This document shows positions 10,608-21,028 of a stretch of 64,000 nt of DNA, one piece after another; the stretch's first letter is position 1; the number at the start of each line of letters is the position of its first letter. The DNA is from an uncultured Actinomycetota bacterium (GTDB lineage Bacteria > Actinomycetota > Humimicrobiia > Humimicrobiales > Humimicrobiaceae), in contig CAZTUA010000041.1 of assembly GCA_964616545.1 (NCBI GenBank), positions 3,577 through 67,576 of the forward strand, read 5' to 3'. The translations under genes and the position numbers were made by a program. The notes below the pieces were generated by a model. It did no database searches and was not told the DNA's origin. It saw nothing but the letters and a program-made list of their open reading frames with translations.

Positions 10608-11687
10608 TTAATTTTCCAGGATATCGCCGGCTATTATATCTCCCACTTCACTCGTAGTGTAGCCCATCCTGCCCGCACTTAAACTATCAATTTTCATACA
10701 GGTATGTGCCACTGCTTTTTCAATGGACCTGGCTGCTTCTTTCTCTCCCAGGTGCACGAGCATCATTCTTCCCGCTTCTATTGCGGCAAGGGGGTTTATC
10801 ACATTTTTCCCCGTATATTTAGGAGCAGATCCCCCTATCGGTTCAAACATGGATGTCCCTTCCGGGTTTATGTTCCCACCGGCGGCAATTCCCATGCCTC
10901 CCTGTATCATTGCACCAAGGTCGGTGATTATATCGCCAAACATATTTGGCACTACCATAACATCATACCATTCAGGATTTTTTACGGTCCACATGCAGGC
11001 GGCATCTATGTGGTTATAATCGGTTTTAATATCAGAGAAGTTTTTTGACATTTCCGTAAACGCTCTATACCACAGGTCCCCTACATATGTCAGCACATTT
11101 GTTTTATTTACAAGAGTAAGCTTCCCTGGCTTTCCTTCTTTTTTTCTAGATCTTGCGAGATTAAAAGCATATTCCAGACAGCGGTCAACCATCTGCCTGT
11201 CGTAAACCATTACCTGGGTTGCAATTTCATATGGAGAACCCTTTCTTGTTATACCGCCATGGCCCGTGTAAAGTCCGCCGGTATTTTCCCTTACCACCAG
11301 AAAATCTATATCTTCCGGTTTCTTATCTTTTAATGGGCAATCAACACCAGGGTAAAGTTTTACCGGTCTTAAATTTATATACTGGTCAAGGGCAAATCTT
11401 AACTTTAACAAAATACCCACTTCAAGGATTCCAGGCTGCACATCAGGGTGCCCGATAGCTCCAAGATATATTGTTTTAAATTTCTTTAGTTCCTCAATTG
11501 CAGAATCCGGCAGTGTTTCCCCTGTTTTTAAAAATCTTTCTCCTCCAAAATCAAATCCGGTAAACTCAAAACTTATATTATGCTTTTTGCCGGCAGCTAT
11601 AAGAACTTTTTTCCCTTCTTCAATAACCTCCGGTCCCGTACCGTCTCCGGGTATAACTGCAATACTATAATTCCCTGTTCCAGCCAT
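10608..11687 (-). CDS. Isocitrate/isopropylmalate dehydrogenase family enzyme (3-isopropylmalate or tartrate dehydrogenase-like)
   Basis: N-terminal [26 protein letters not shown]-terminal [16 protein letters not shown]. 359 aa. Confidence 0.8.
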   Translation of the reverse strand: MAGTGNYSIAVIPGDGTGPEVIEEGKKVLIAAGKKHNISFEFTGFDFGGERFLKTGETLPDSAIEELKKFKTIYLGAIGHPDVQPGILEVGILLKLRFALDQYINLRPVKLYPGVDCPLKDKKPEDIDFLVVRENTGGLYTGHGGITRKGSPYEIATQVMVYDRQMVDRCLEYAFNLARSRKKEGKPGKLTLVNKTNVLTYVGDLWYRAFTEMSKNFSDIKTDYNHIDAACMWTVKNPEWYDVMVVPNMFGDIITDLGAMIQGGMGIAAGGNINPEGTSMFEPIGGSAPKYTGKNVINPLAAIEAGRMMLVHLGEKEAARSIEKAVAHTCMKIDSLSAGRMGYTTSEVGDIIAGDILEN

Positions 11688-11866
11688 GTCTTTCCTCCAT
11701 ATAATTAATTCTCAAAACAATTACTGCTATATTATATATAAATACCCATATATTTCACTAATAATTTATCATAAATCCGGATACCGGCCGCAGTTGGAAA
11801 ATACTAATTTCTCCAGATTTTATAAGGTTACCCATAAGATTATCTTTATGATTATTCTTATAACGC

Positions 11867-12289
11867 TTATTGCAGATTAATCAAACATGCCACAATATGC
11901 GGGATAAAAATTATCATCCCGATTATTAATGCTATAAAAGATGCAATCAAAACCGTACCTGCGGCTATATCTTTTATATGTTCTGCAATTAATTTATATT
12001 CTTCTGTTACCAGGTCTATTATTAATTCAAAAGCTGTATTTATCATCTCCAGGCAAATTACCATGCAGATAACCAGTATAATAAATATCCATTCAGTCGT
12101 GGAAATATGAAATAAAAACCCCGCAATGATAGCCAGGATCCCAAATATTAACTGTATCCTCAGGCTCTTCTCTGTTCTTAAAGCTCTGAATATACCTTTT
12201 ATTGCGTACCTGAATGAGTAGAGTATAGATTCCCTGCGATAGCTGTTTCGTTTTTTAATAAAACCCTTATTTTCTTTTTTAGCATTCAT
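11867..12289 (-). CDS. dgkA: Diacylglycerol kinase (DgkA) / undecaprenol kinase family membrane protein
   Basis: 140 aa with three TM segments. YRRESILYSFRYAIKGIFRALRTEKSLRIQ is a DgkA-like N-terminus. Confidence 0.7.
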   Translation of the reverse strand: MNAKKENKGFIKKRNSYRRESILYSFRYAIKGIFRALRTEKSLRIQLIFGILAIIAGFLFHISTTEWIFIILVICMVICLEMINTAFELIIDLVTEEYKLIAEHIKDIAAGTVLIASFIALIIGMIIFIPHIVACLINLQ

Positions 12290-12410
12290 TTTGTATCTGT
12301 ACTACATTTTAGATTTAATCATTAACTTCGTAAAGCCTTTTCCGTTAACAAACTGCATGCTGATGGAATCCTGGAGAAAGGGATAGGTTTTCTCTTGCTC
12401 TATATTATCT

Positions 12411-13316
12411 TTAGCCTTTGTTTAGATATAGAGTCCCTGCCGAGAATAGCAGCAATAAAAGGAACATATAGAAAGGAAACCATATTTCATTAAAGAAGTT
12501 AAAAGAACTTATAAAATTTTGAACAATAAAAATTATAGCCATAATGATTACCGAGGATATCATGGTAAACATGCTTGCTTTTGTTATATCCTGATACTGT
12601 TTCTCATCGTACCATTCACTTGCACCTTCTCTGATTTTTATTATCAGCCAGAATAGGACTATAAGAAAATAAGGGATTACAGATACCAGGCTCAAGACAA
12701 TTACTCCTGCATCTACTGCCCATAATAGCTGTGGATATACCATAAGATACAATACAGAAAAAATTGTAATCAGACCCAGGCCTGAAATTCCACTTAAAAT
12801 ACCAATGTACTGTGCATTAATAAATATAGAATCATCCTTCAGGACTATCTCTTCGCTCTCCTTCCTGGCAGATTTCCCCGTCATTGCAAGCAAAACGAGC
12901 ACAAGAATATAAAAGATAAAATGAAGTGCCTGACTCAGAAAAAGGATGATAAACTCCTGGGGCAGTCCAAAAATATATTCTTTTGAAATATCGCTCATAA
13001 GCGCAAAGTCCCCGAATAACATAAGTAATGAAATAATGCCTGTAAAAAATAGAAATGAACGGAGAAAGTTATCCCTTTTAAAAAAATTTAACTGCATAAT
13101 TAGTGTAAAAATAGCTGCTGTATGGGACAGGCCAAGCAAAATATAAACCAGTGCGACAGGAATTGAAAATTTATTCATAAGTGCTTCAACATCTCCCGCA
13201 TTTAAAATCACTTTCCTGAGCATAAAAAAAAATGTGTTTGTGAAAATAAGACCTGCGGCCGAACTCAGGCATAAAACCAGGGTTACATTATTACTTATTT
13301 TTAATAGTCTCCTCAT
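12411..13316 (-). CDS. Polytopic membrane protein of unknown function (partner of the upstream XRE regulator)
   Basis: About 8 predicted TM helices. Translationally coupled, 16 nt downstream of the XRE gene. Confidence 0.45.
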   Translation of the reverse strand: MRRLLKISNNVTLVLCLSSAAGLIFTNTFFFMLRKVILNAGDVEALMNKFSIPVALVYILLGLSHTAAIFTLIMQLNFFKRDNFLRSFLFFTGIISLLMLFGDFALMSDISKEYIFGLPQEFIILFLSQALHFIFYILVLVLLAMTGKSARKESEEIVLKDDSIFINAQYIGILSGISGLGLITIFSVLYLMVYPQLLWAVDAGVIVLSLVSVIPYFLIVLFWLIIKIREGASEWYDEKQYQDITKASMFTMISSVIIMAIIFIVQNFISSFNFFNEIWFPFYMFLLLLLFSAGTLYLNKG

Positions 13317-13332
13317 TTTTATTCTCCTTTAT

Positions 13333-13557
13333 TTAATCTTCGGCAGGGTAGAATATCTCCTCTACGGATTTTTTAAAGAATCGTGCTATTTTTAGGGCCA
13401 GCAATACCGAAGGGTTAAATTTACCTTTTTCTATAGAGTGGATTGTAAGCCTTGTCACACCTATTTCATTTGCCAGCTCCTGCTGGGAAATCTCATTATG
13501 TTCAAAACGGCATTTTCGTAAGTTATTTCTAAGTTTAAATTCTTTTTTTACTGACAT
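13333..13557 (-). CDS. XRE-family helix-turn-helix transcriptional regulator
   Basis: ISQQELANEIGVTRLTIHSIEKGKFNPSVLLALKIARFF is a canonical HTH_XRE. 74 aa. Confidence 0.8.
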   Translation of the reverse strand: MSVKKEFKLRNNLRKCRFEHNEISQQELANEIGVTRLTIHSIEKGKFNPSVLLALKIARFFKKSVEEIFYPAED

Positions 13558-13825
13558 ATTGCCTTACCCGAAAATATATTCTTTAAACTACTGCCTAATA
13601 CATGTTCACTGCCCTTTATGTAATAAAAATATGTATATAATAATAATCATAATGTATACTATTATATACATTAAGTCAAGACTTTTTTATTCTCATCAAC
13701 CCCTTTATTTTTCATATTATAAGGTTAATATATATATTACAGGGATTTATCAACAGAAATGCTTATTATAAGTATTTCTGCCAATTAAAATATTTCTGAG
13801 AATTGAGAAGGGAGAGTCTACAAAC

Positions 13826-14392
13826 ATGAAAAAATCACTTGGAGCAAAAACTATTATTTTCCCCACACCTGTACTTATTATCGGAACATACGACAGAAGT
13901 AATAGACCAAACCTCGCCACTGTCGCCTGGGGAGGTATCTGCTGTTCCGGGCCTCCCTGCGTGGCAGTTTCCCTGCGGAAAGCCAGGCATACCCATGACA
14001 ATATTCTGGGGAAAAAAGCTTTTACCGTAAATATACTTTCCGAGAACATGGTCAAAAGTGCTGATTACTATGGAATTGTTTCAGGAAAGAATGAGGACAA
14101 ATTTTTAAAAACAAACATTACACCGGTAAAAAGTGAGCTTGTCGATGCACCCTATGGAAAAGAATTTCCTCTTGTGCTGGAATGCAGTCTTTTTAAAAGC
14201 ATTGAATTAGGGGCTCATACTCAGTTTATCGGTGAGATTCTGGATGTAAAAGCAGAGGAATCCATCCTTAATTCAAACGCCCAGCCCGATATTGAAAAAT
14301 ACAGGCCATTTTCCTTTGACCCGGCGACTACCTGTTATTTCCGTACCGGTAAAATACTGGCAAAAGGCTTTTCTGCCGGTAAAGAAATCTAA
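13826..14392 (+). CDS. Flavin reductase-like (FMN-binding split-barrel) domain protein
   Basis: TPVLIIGTYDRSNRPNLATVAWGG…PPCVAVSLRKARHTHDNI matches the flavin_reduct family pattern. 188 aa. Confidence 0.65.
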   Translation: MKKSLGAKTIIFPTPVLIIGTYDRSNRPNLATVAWGGICCSGPPCVAVSLRKARHTHDNILGKKAFTVNILSENMVKSADYYGIVSGKNEDKFLKTNITPVKSELVDAPYGKEFPLVLECSLFKSIELGAHTQFIGEILDVKAEESILNSNAQPDIEKYRPFSFDPATTCYFRTGKILAKGFSAGKEI

Positions 14393-14582
14393 ATCTTTTT
14401 TTTGTTTCCGGAGACTGTTTTTAAAATACTTTGTAACTTAAACGTTCAAAAAACGTTTAATATAATAATAGGAGAACAGTCCTGATTTACTTTAGCTTTA
14501 CACAAATCAGGCAACCTGTCAGAATAAAACATGTTTTATTAACAAAAAATAAAAAAGTTTAAAGAGAAAAGAGAGAATCGCA

Positions 14583-16055
14583 ATGAAAATTTTACTTGTT
14601 TACCCGGATTACGAAGAAACCTTCTGGAGTTTTAAAAGGGTTTTAAAGATACTGGGTAAGAAAGCTGCTTATCCACCACTCGGTCTTCTAACTATCGGAG
14701 CAATGCTGCCGGATAGCTGGGAGAGGAAACTGGTTGATATGAATACTGACATATTAAAAGATGAATATATCAAGTGGGCTGATTATGTATTCGTAAGTGC
14801 AATGATTGTACAAAAAGAATCAGCAAGAAAAGTTATAGATAAATCAAAGGAACTGGGAAAGCCCGTAGTTGTAGGCGGTCCCCTTTTTACAACCGGCTGG
14901 GAAGATTTTACTGATGCGGATCATATTTTCCTGGGTGAAGCAGAAGATACTTTTCATGGTTTCATTGAAGACCTGGAAAAAGGTACACCGCAAAAATTTT
15001 ATAAAAACAGCCATTTCCCCGATATTAAAACTACTATTATTCCGGACTGGAGCTTAATCAATGTCAAAAACTATAACTCTATGTGTATCCAGTTTTCGAG
15101 AGGCTGCCCTTTTAACTGTGAATTTTGCGATGTAGTGCTGCTGAATGGCAGAACACCACGGATTAAAAGCAAAGAACAGTTAATAGCCGAACTTGAAGCA
15201 CTGTATAAACGGGGCTGGCGCGCCGGTGTATTTTTCGTAGATGATAATTTTATAGGTAAAAAGGGTCTATTAAAAAAAGTATTTTTACCGGCGATCATAG
15301 AATGGCAGAAGAGCAAAAGGTATCCTTTTTCCTTTAATACCCAGGCATCAATTAACCTTGCCGACGATGAGAAAATTATGAACCTGATGTCAGAGGCCGG
15401 TTTTACATCTGTTTTTATAGGCATAGAAACACCTGATTCTGACAGTCTTGAAGAATGCGGCAAATTTCAAAATAAAAACAGGGATTTAATAGAATCCATA
15501 AGAATAATTCAGAATAAAGGCATGGAAGTTCAGGGAGGATTTATTGTTGGTTTCGACAGCGACAAAGCTTCTATCTTCCAGCGGCAGATTGAATTCATAC
15601 AGAAAAGCGGAATTGTCACTGCCATGGTCAGCGTTCTCAATGCATTGCCAAAAACCAGACTGTATAAGAGGTTAGAAGAGAGTAAAAGATTAATTAATAA
15701 CGGTACGGGAAACAATACAAAAATTTCAAGTTTAAACTTTATTCCGAAAATGGATAAAAAAATTCTGATGAACGGCTTTAAAAAAATTTCGTCTACAATA
15801 TATTCCCCAAAAGTTTATTATGAGAGAGTGAAAACCTTTTTAAAAGAATATAAACCTATAAAAAGAAAGATGCCGCGTCTGCGCTTATATCATATAAGAG
15901 CGCTTATTGGCTCAATATGGCTGCTTGGCATTAAACAAAAAGGGAGATTTTATTTCTGGAAATTGTTGCTCTGGAGTCTTTTCAGACGTCCAGCACTCTT
16001 CCCTCATGCTATTGGTTTTTCTCTGGCCGGCATCCATTTCAGGACGGTATCATAA
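14583..16055 (+). CDS. B12-binding-domain radical SAM protein with C-terminal DUF4070-like region
   Basis: N-terminal cobalamin-binding Rossmann region (LLVYPDY…PPLGLLTIGAML). Radical SAM cluster motif CIQFSRGCPFNCEFCD. 490 aa. Confidence 0.8.
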   Translation: MKILLVYPDYEETFWSFKRVLKILGKKAAYPPLGLLTIGAMLPDSWERKLVDMNTDILKDEYIKWADYVFVSAMIVQKESARKVIDKSKELGKPVVVGGPLFTTGWEDFTDADHIFLGEAEDTFHGFIEDLEKGTPQKFYKNSHFPDIKTTIIPDWSLINVKNYNSMCIQFSRGCPFNCEFCDVVLLNGRTPRIKSKEQLIAELEALYKRGWRAGVFFVDDNFIGKKGLLKKVFLPAIIEWQKSKRYPFSFNTQASINLADDEKIMNLMSEAGFTSVFIGIETPDSDSLEECGKFQNKNRDLIESIRIIQNKGMEVQGGFIVGFDSDKASIFQRQIEFIQKSGIVTAMVSVLNALPKTRLYKRLEESKRLINNGTGNNTKISSLNFIPKMDKKILMNGFKKISSTIYSPKVYYERVKTFLKEYKPIKRKMPRLRLYHIRALIGSIWLLGIKQKGRFYFWKLLLWSLFRRPALFPHAIGFSLAGIHFRTVS

Positions 16056-16236
16056 TTAATTCTTGAAAACCAATTATATTTTTTATAATGCTGTGTTATA
16101 ATCAGTACAGATAGTTATAATATAACACTACAAGAATACCAGTTCAGATATTATCAGGTCTTATAACAACACTGCAGTAATAATGCAACCTTTAGTTTAA
16201 TCTGCAATATCATGAATTTTAAATTTAAAGGTTAAT

Positions 16237-16341
16237 ATGAAGATATTCCTCTTAAGAAGCGGTAAAAGAGTCAGAAGAATATTTAGAACCATTCTGCACA
16301 TAGGCAGACACATAGGAATCGGTTCTACAATCAGATGGTAA
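16237..16341 (+). other. Candidate small ORF encoding a 34-aa strongly cationic peptide (MKIFLLRSGKRVRRIFRTILHIGRHIGIGSTIRW). Unverified.
   Basis: ATG preceded by AAAGG at -10. Net charge about +9 with no acidic residues. Lies 180 nt downstream of the radical SAM gene on the same strand. It may be spurious. Confidence 0.2.
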
Positions 16342-16468
16342 TATAAAAATCTAAAACTGTGTAATATCTTTCAGGCTATTCCTTATTAGCAGTTATTATC
16401 ATTTTTTAGGGCCGTGATGATATATGACCGGAGAATCTGTGGCGTGTAAATCACATTTTAAAATTATT

Positions 16469-17476
16469 TTAATCATCAATTTCTCTCAGTAATTCAGCAC
16501 ACTTCTCCGGTAAAATAGTATTAACGTTAATTCCTGATCCTATCTCAAATCCTGCTCTTGTAACCAATCTTGGGAGTAAATTAATATACCAGTGATAATA
16601 CCTGCTTCCTTTGCAGTCAACAGGCGCACTGTCTATTATATAATTATAGTCCGGGTCATCCAGCAGATTGTAAAGTTTTCTCAGTACAACCTTTAAAGTC
16701 AGAGCAAGTTGCCCGGTATCCTTTTTATGTATCTGGGAAAAGCATGCCATATGTTCTTTTGGCAAAATAAAAATATTATAGGGAACCACGGAAGCATACG
16801 GTGCCAGAGCAATAAAGCTTTCATTCTCATAGATAATTCTATCTTTGATCTTTCTTTCATGGGAAATCATATCACAGTATGCGCATTTACCTGAATCATC
16901 AAAATATTTCTCTGCTTCATATAGCCTGTTTCTTATAAAACCCGGTATAAAAGGAACAGCAACAAGCTGTGAATGAGGATGTATGAGTGAAGTCCCTGCC
17001 CTGTTTCCATGATTTCTGAAAATAACTATAAGCCTGCAATTCTTATTTTTACTCAATTCTAAAAATCTGCTTCTGTATGCCTCCACTACATTTGTTATCT
17101 GGCCAGGATCGAGATTGCAGAGATTGTCACTGTGTAACGGTGATTCAACAATAACTTCATGGCTCCCTTTTCCGTCAATTTCAAGATAGAACTTTTCTGC
17201 ATTGTACCGTCTGATATCCTTTCCGGTAGTTTCTGCGGGTTTAAGAATGGGAAACTTATTCGGTACCACTCTTACCTGCCAATTTTCTCCATCCTGGATG
17301 GTCAATACTTCTTTAGGTGTCATATGCTCGTTTCCACCACAAAAGGGGCAGCTGCTCTCATATTCCTTTATTGCCACCTCCCCCCTTTCTTCCCTGAAAT
17401 CGTTTGGTCTTTCCGACCTTCCCGATGCAAATATTGTCCAGTCTTTGGTTATAGGGTCCTGCCTTATCACAGACAT
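16469..17476 (-). CDS. galT: Galactose-1-phosphate uridylyltransferase (HIT-family, GalT type)
   Basis: Zn-binding CPFCGGNEHMTPKE. Histidine-triad-like HPHSQLVAVP. 335 aa. Confidence 0.8.
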   Translation of the reverse strand: MSVIRQDPITKDWTIFASGRSERPNDFREERGEVAIKEYESSCPFCGGNEHMTPKEVLTIQDGENWQVRVVPNKFPILKPAETTGKDIRRYNAEKFYLEIDGKGSHEVIVESPLHSDNLCNLDPGQITNVVEAYRSRFLELSKNKNCRLIVIFRNHGNRAGTSLIHPHSQLVAVPFIPGFIRNRLYEAEKYFDDSGKCAYCDMISHERKIKDRIIYENESFIALAPYASVVPYNIFILPKEHMACFSQIHKKDTGQLALTLKVVLRKLYNLLDDPDYNYIIDSAPVDCKGSRYYHWYINLLPRLVTRAGFEIGSGINVNTILPEKCAELLREIDD

Positions 17477-17579
17477 ATCTGTACTGCCTCCTTTAAATAT
17501 TCATATATGTTTAATTTTATGCTATTTTATAAATGATATAAATATATTAACTTATATGATACCTTTTTTACCTTAAAAA

Positions 17580-17942
17580 ATGGAAAAAGAAAAATTTGAA
17601 CAAATAGTAGTGGACACCCTTGAAGAACTCCCAGATAAATTTAAAGAAAAAATAAAGAACCTCGGTGTAGTTATTGAAGAAAGGGATACGAGATCGTTAC
17701 CGGAAAAGAATAAAAATGCCGGGGCAAGATTGACACTCGGTCTTTACCAGGGACTTCCTGCCACACTCAGGGCCGGCAGGAGAAATCTAATGCCTGATAA
17801 AATAACCATATATAAAAAAACACTGGAAAAGGTGAGCCGAAATGATATTGAGCTGGAAAAAAATATAAAAAGGGTCATTCTGCATGAGCTGGGACATTAT
17901 TTCGGACTTGACGAAGAAAGATTAAGAAAGCTGGGATACTGA
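17580..17942 (+). CDS. Small putative zinc metallopeptidase (zincin-like, HExxH)
   Basis: C-terminal HELGHYFGLDEERL motif. 120 aa. RBS-like A-rich leader. Confidence 0.45.
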   Translation: MEKEKFEQIVVDTLEELPDKFKEKIKNLGVVIEERDTRSLPEKNKNAGARLTLGLYQGLPATLRAGRRNLMPDKITIYKKTLEKVSRNDIELEKNIKRVILHELGHYFGLDEERLRKLGY

Positions 17943-18153
17943 CTTTTACTCCTCTGGTTCCCTTTTATCTTTACCATTTTTTTATTTTTCCTCCCGGTTA
18001 TTCTTTATTATTTTCCGGTATTAACAGCTTATATCATCTCTCTAAGTGGCAACCGAACCCCCGATGGTTAATCACCAGTAACGGAAGATTAAAAAAAATT
18101 AAAAAAATAATCTTGACAATACAGAAAAATAAATGTATATATACATAATAACG

Positions 18154-18170
18154 TTTCACTTTAAGTGAAA
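18154..18170. promoter_or_regulatory. Perfect inverted repeat TTTCACTT-T-AAGTGAAA about 220 nt upstream of lon (candidate operator)
   Basis: 8-bp arms with a 1-nt spacer. A second 14-bp palindrome ATGTATATATACAT lies at 18134-18147. Confidence 0.25.
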
Positions 18171-18388
18171 TTTATTTTTACTATTTAAGTAAAATTATTT
18201 TAGTAATTAAAATATATAAGTTATAATTAGACACAGAATATGTAAACAAAGGAATCTGTCCTGTTAATTAAATGTTGATTGAAATTAATTTAAATTACAT
18301 ATAAGTATATAATATATATAAAAAAACTTTTTGATAAGTGTAAAATAACATACAGAGAAAAAGAAATAAAATAGGAGTTGAAAATTTA

Positions 18389-20797
18389 ATGGCAGAAGAA
18401 AATAAAAATAAACAAAATAAAATAAAAATACCTGAAGAGCTTCCTCTTCTTTCTTTAAAAAACAGTGTTGTGTTTCCTTTTCTGGCAACACCATTGATTG
18501 TCGGAAGAAAGAAATCGCTGGAAGCTGTTAAAAATGCATCAAGAGAGCACAAAATTATAGTCGTGGTTGCACAGAAAGAAGAAAATAAAGAAGAAGTGAA
18601 TAAAGAAGACTTATACGACGTTGGAACTGTATGCGCAATAAAGCAGGTAACCGATGTATCGGAAAATGAAATCAAATGCGTTGTTGAAGGCATTTCCCGT
18701 GTAAAAATAAAGCATTTTACAAAAACCGAACCTTACTTCAGAGTGAATGTCAATATACTCAAAGAGGAACCGCTGGTTGAAGATAATGAAACAGAAAACC
18801 TTAATACCACCCTCAGGATGCAGGTTGAAAAATTCATTCAGCTTGGTATACCGCTGCCAACAGCGTTTGTGGTTGCCGCGACCAATATATCCAAAACCGA
18901 GATTCAAACGGATTTATTTGCCTCATATTTACTTTCAAACACCAAACAAAAGCAAAAAATACTTGAAGAAATCGACCTGAAGAAAAGGCTAAAAAAATTA
19001 ACGGAATATCTCAGCGAAGAATTAAAGAAATTTGAGGTTCAGTCCCAGATAAGGGATAAAGTCCAGAAAGAAGTAGGCAAAACCCAGAGGGAGTACTACC
19101 TGCGCCAGCAGCTAAAGGCTATTAAAAACGAACTGGGTGAATTTGATGAATCTGTTGCACTTACCAAAGAGCTGGAGAATAAAATACGCAAGAAAAAGAT
19201 GCCCAAAGAAGCAGAGGCTAAAGTTTTAAAGGAAATAAAAAGGCTTGAGAGTATTCCCAGTATGTCTCCGGAGCATTCTTATGTAAGGACATATGTTGAG
19301 TGGATGCTGGACGTTCCATGGTCCGAAAAAACAAAAGATATTCTGGATCTAAAAAAATCAAAGAAAATTCTGGATAGTGACCATTATGATCTGGAAAAAG
19401 TTAAGACACATATACTGGACTATCTGGCTGTGAGAAAATTGAAGGGTAAAACAACCAAAGGCCCCATTCTATGTTTTGTCGGTCCTCCCGGTGTGGGCAA
19501 AACTTCCCTGGGGCAGTCAATTGCCAAATCACTGGGCAGAAAATTTATTAGAATGTCGATTGGCGGTATAAGAGACGAGGCTGAAATCAGGGGGCACAGG
19601 AGAACATATGTGGGAGCACTCCCCGGCAGAATTATTCAGGGACTCACGCAGGTGGGGACGAATAATCCTGTATTTATGCTGGACGAGGTTGATAAAATAG
19701 GAATTGATTACAGAGGTGACCCCTCCTCTGCTCTTCTTGAGGTGCTTGATCCTGAACAGAATAATTCATTCAGGGATCACTATCTTGAAGTACCGTTTGA
19801 TCTTTCAAACGTGATGTTTATAACAACAGCTAATATACTGGATACCATACATCCTGCGCTCAGGGACAGGATGGAGATTATAGAAATACCTGGATACAGT
19901 TCCGAGGAGAAGGTCTATATAGCCGAAAGGTTCCTGATTCCAAAGCAGTTAAAGGAACAGGGTATAGAAAAGTACAAAATTAAATTTAACCACGATGCTG
20001 TACTGGTAATAATTGAGGAATACACAAGGGAAGCCGGCGTCAGAAACCTGGAACGCGAAATAGCAAATATCTGTAAAAAAATTGCACGGGAAATAGTTGA
20101 AGGTAAAAAATATTCAGGAGTTATAACCGCAGGGAAAGTAAGAAATTACCTGGGTGTTCCAAAGATTTTGCCGAGCGAAATAGAGGATAAGAATAGAGTG
20201 GGAGTTGCCACCGGTCTTGCATATACCCCTGTTGGCGGGGATATATTGCTGATTGAGTCCACTTATTATAAAGGAAGCGGAAAATTGATACTCACCGGTA
20301 AACTCGGTGATGTAATGCAGGAATCCGCAAAAGCGGCAATAAGCTATATACACTCAAAAGCAAAAATTTTTAATATAGATGATAAATTATTTGAAAAATC
20401 AGATATACATATTCATGTTCCCGCAGGAGCAGTGCCAAAAGATGGACCTTCGGCAGGTGTGGCCATAACTTCTTCGCTGGTATCGGCATTTACAGGAGTA
20501 CCTGTGCTCAGAAACGTTGGTATGACAGGAGAGATAACACTGAGAGGAAGGGTTCTCCCGATAGGAGGCCTGAAAGAGAAGCTTCTTGCAGCAAAAAGAG
20601 CGGGGCTTAAGAAAGTCATACTGCCTGAAAAAAATAGAAAGGACCTTAAAGAAATACCTGACAGCATACTTAAGGGCCTGAAACTGGAATTCGTGGAGAA
20701 TATTGATGACGTTATAGTGCATACCCTTGAAAGAAGCCCTTCAAAATCGGTAAAAGCAGTCAGGGGAGTTAAAGTATCCCCGAAAAGAGAACAGTAA
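18389..20797 (+). CDS. lon: ATP-dependent Lon protease (LonA)
   Basis: N-terminal LON domain. AAA+ Walker A GPPGVGKTS. Ser-Lys dyad region PKDGPSAG…TGEITLRGRVLPIGG. 802 aa. Confidence 0.95.
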   Translation: MAEENKNKQNKIKIPEELPLLSLKNSVVFPFLATPLIVGRKKSLEAVKNASREHKIIVVVAQKEENKEEVNKEDLYDVGTVCAIKQVTDVSENEIKCVVEGISRVKIKHFTKTEPYFRVNVNILKEEPLVEDNETENLNTTLRMQVEKFIQLGIPLPTAFVVAATNISKTEIQTDLFASYLLSNTKQKQKILEEIDLKKRLKKLTEYLSEELKKFEVQSQIRDKVQKEVGKTQREYYLRQQLKAIKNELGEFDESVALTKELENKIRKKKMPKEAEAKVLKEIKRLESIPSMSPEHSYVRTYVEWMLDVPWSEKTKDILDLKKSKKILDSDHYDLEKVKTHILDYLAVRKLKGKTTKGPILCFVGPPGVGKTSLGQSIAKSLGRKFIRMSIGGIRDEAEIRGHRRTYVGALPGRIIQGLTQVGTNNPVFMLDEVDKIGIDYRGDPSSALLEVLDPEQNNSFRDHYLEVPFDLSNVMFITTANILDTIHPALRDRMEIIEIPGYSSEEKVYIAERFLIPKQLKEQGIEKYKIKFNHDAVLVIIEEYTREAGVRNLEREIANICKKIAREIVEGKKYSGVITAGKVRNYLGVPKILPSEIEDKNRVGVATGLAYTPVGGDILLIESTYYKGSGKLILTGKLGDVMQESAKAAISYIHSKAKIFNIDDKLFEKSDIHIHVPAGAVPKDGPSAGVAITSSLVSAFTGVPVLRNVGMTGEITLRGRVLPIGGLKEKLLAAKRAGLKKVILPEKNRKDLKEIPDSILKGLKLEFVENIDDVIVHTLERSPSKSVKAVRGVKVSPKREQ

Positions 20798-20864
20798 CGG
20801 AGCAGTCTTTAGAATTTAGCCCGGCTTCAAATATACAGTAAATTTAAAATGTAATATCACAAAA

Positions 20865-20905
20865 CCCTCCCTGATTTAATTTTAAAAAGGGAGGGCTTAT
20901 TTATC
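20865..20905 (+). terminator. Rho-independent terminator downstream of lon
   Basis: CCCTCCCT-N15-AGGGAGGG hairpin followed by a T-rich tract (cttatttatctttt). Confidence 0.6.
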
Positions 20906-21028
20906 TTTTATCCAGTTAAGCAGGGATTATATTTTCTCTTAGTTTTTCTATCTGTTCTTATATCCCTGAGTGATGCTTACTTTAAATCCAGTACAGGCAT
21001 CTCCATCTATAATTTTATACCCGTCTGC

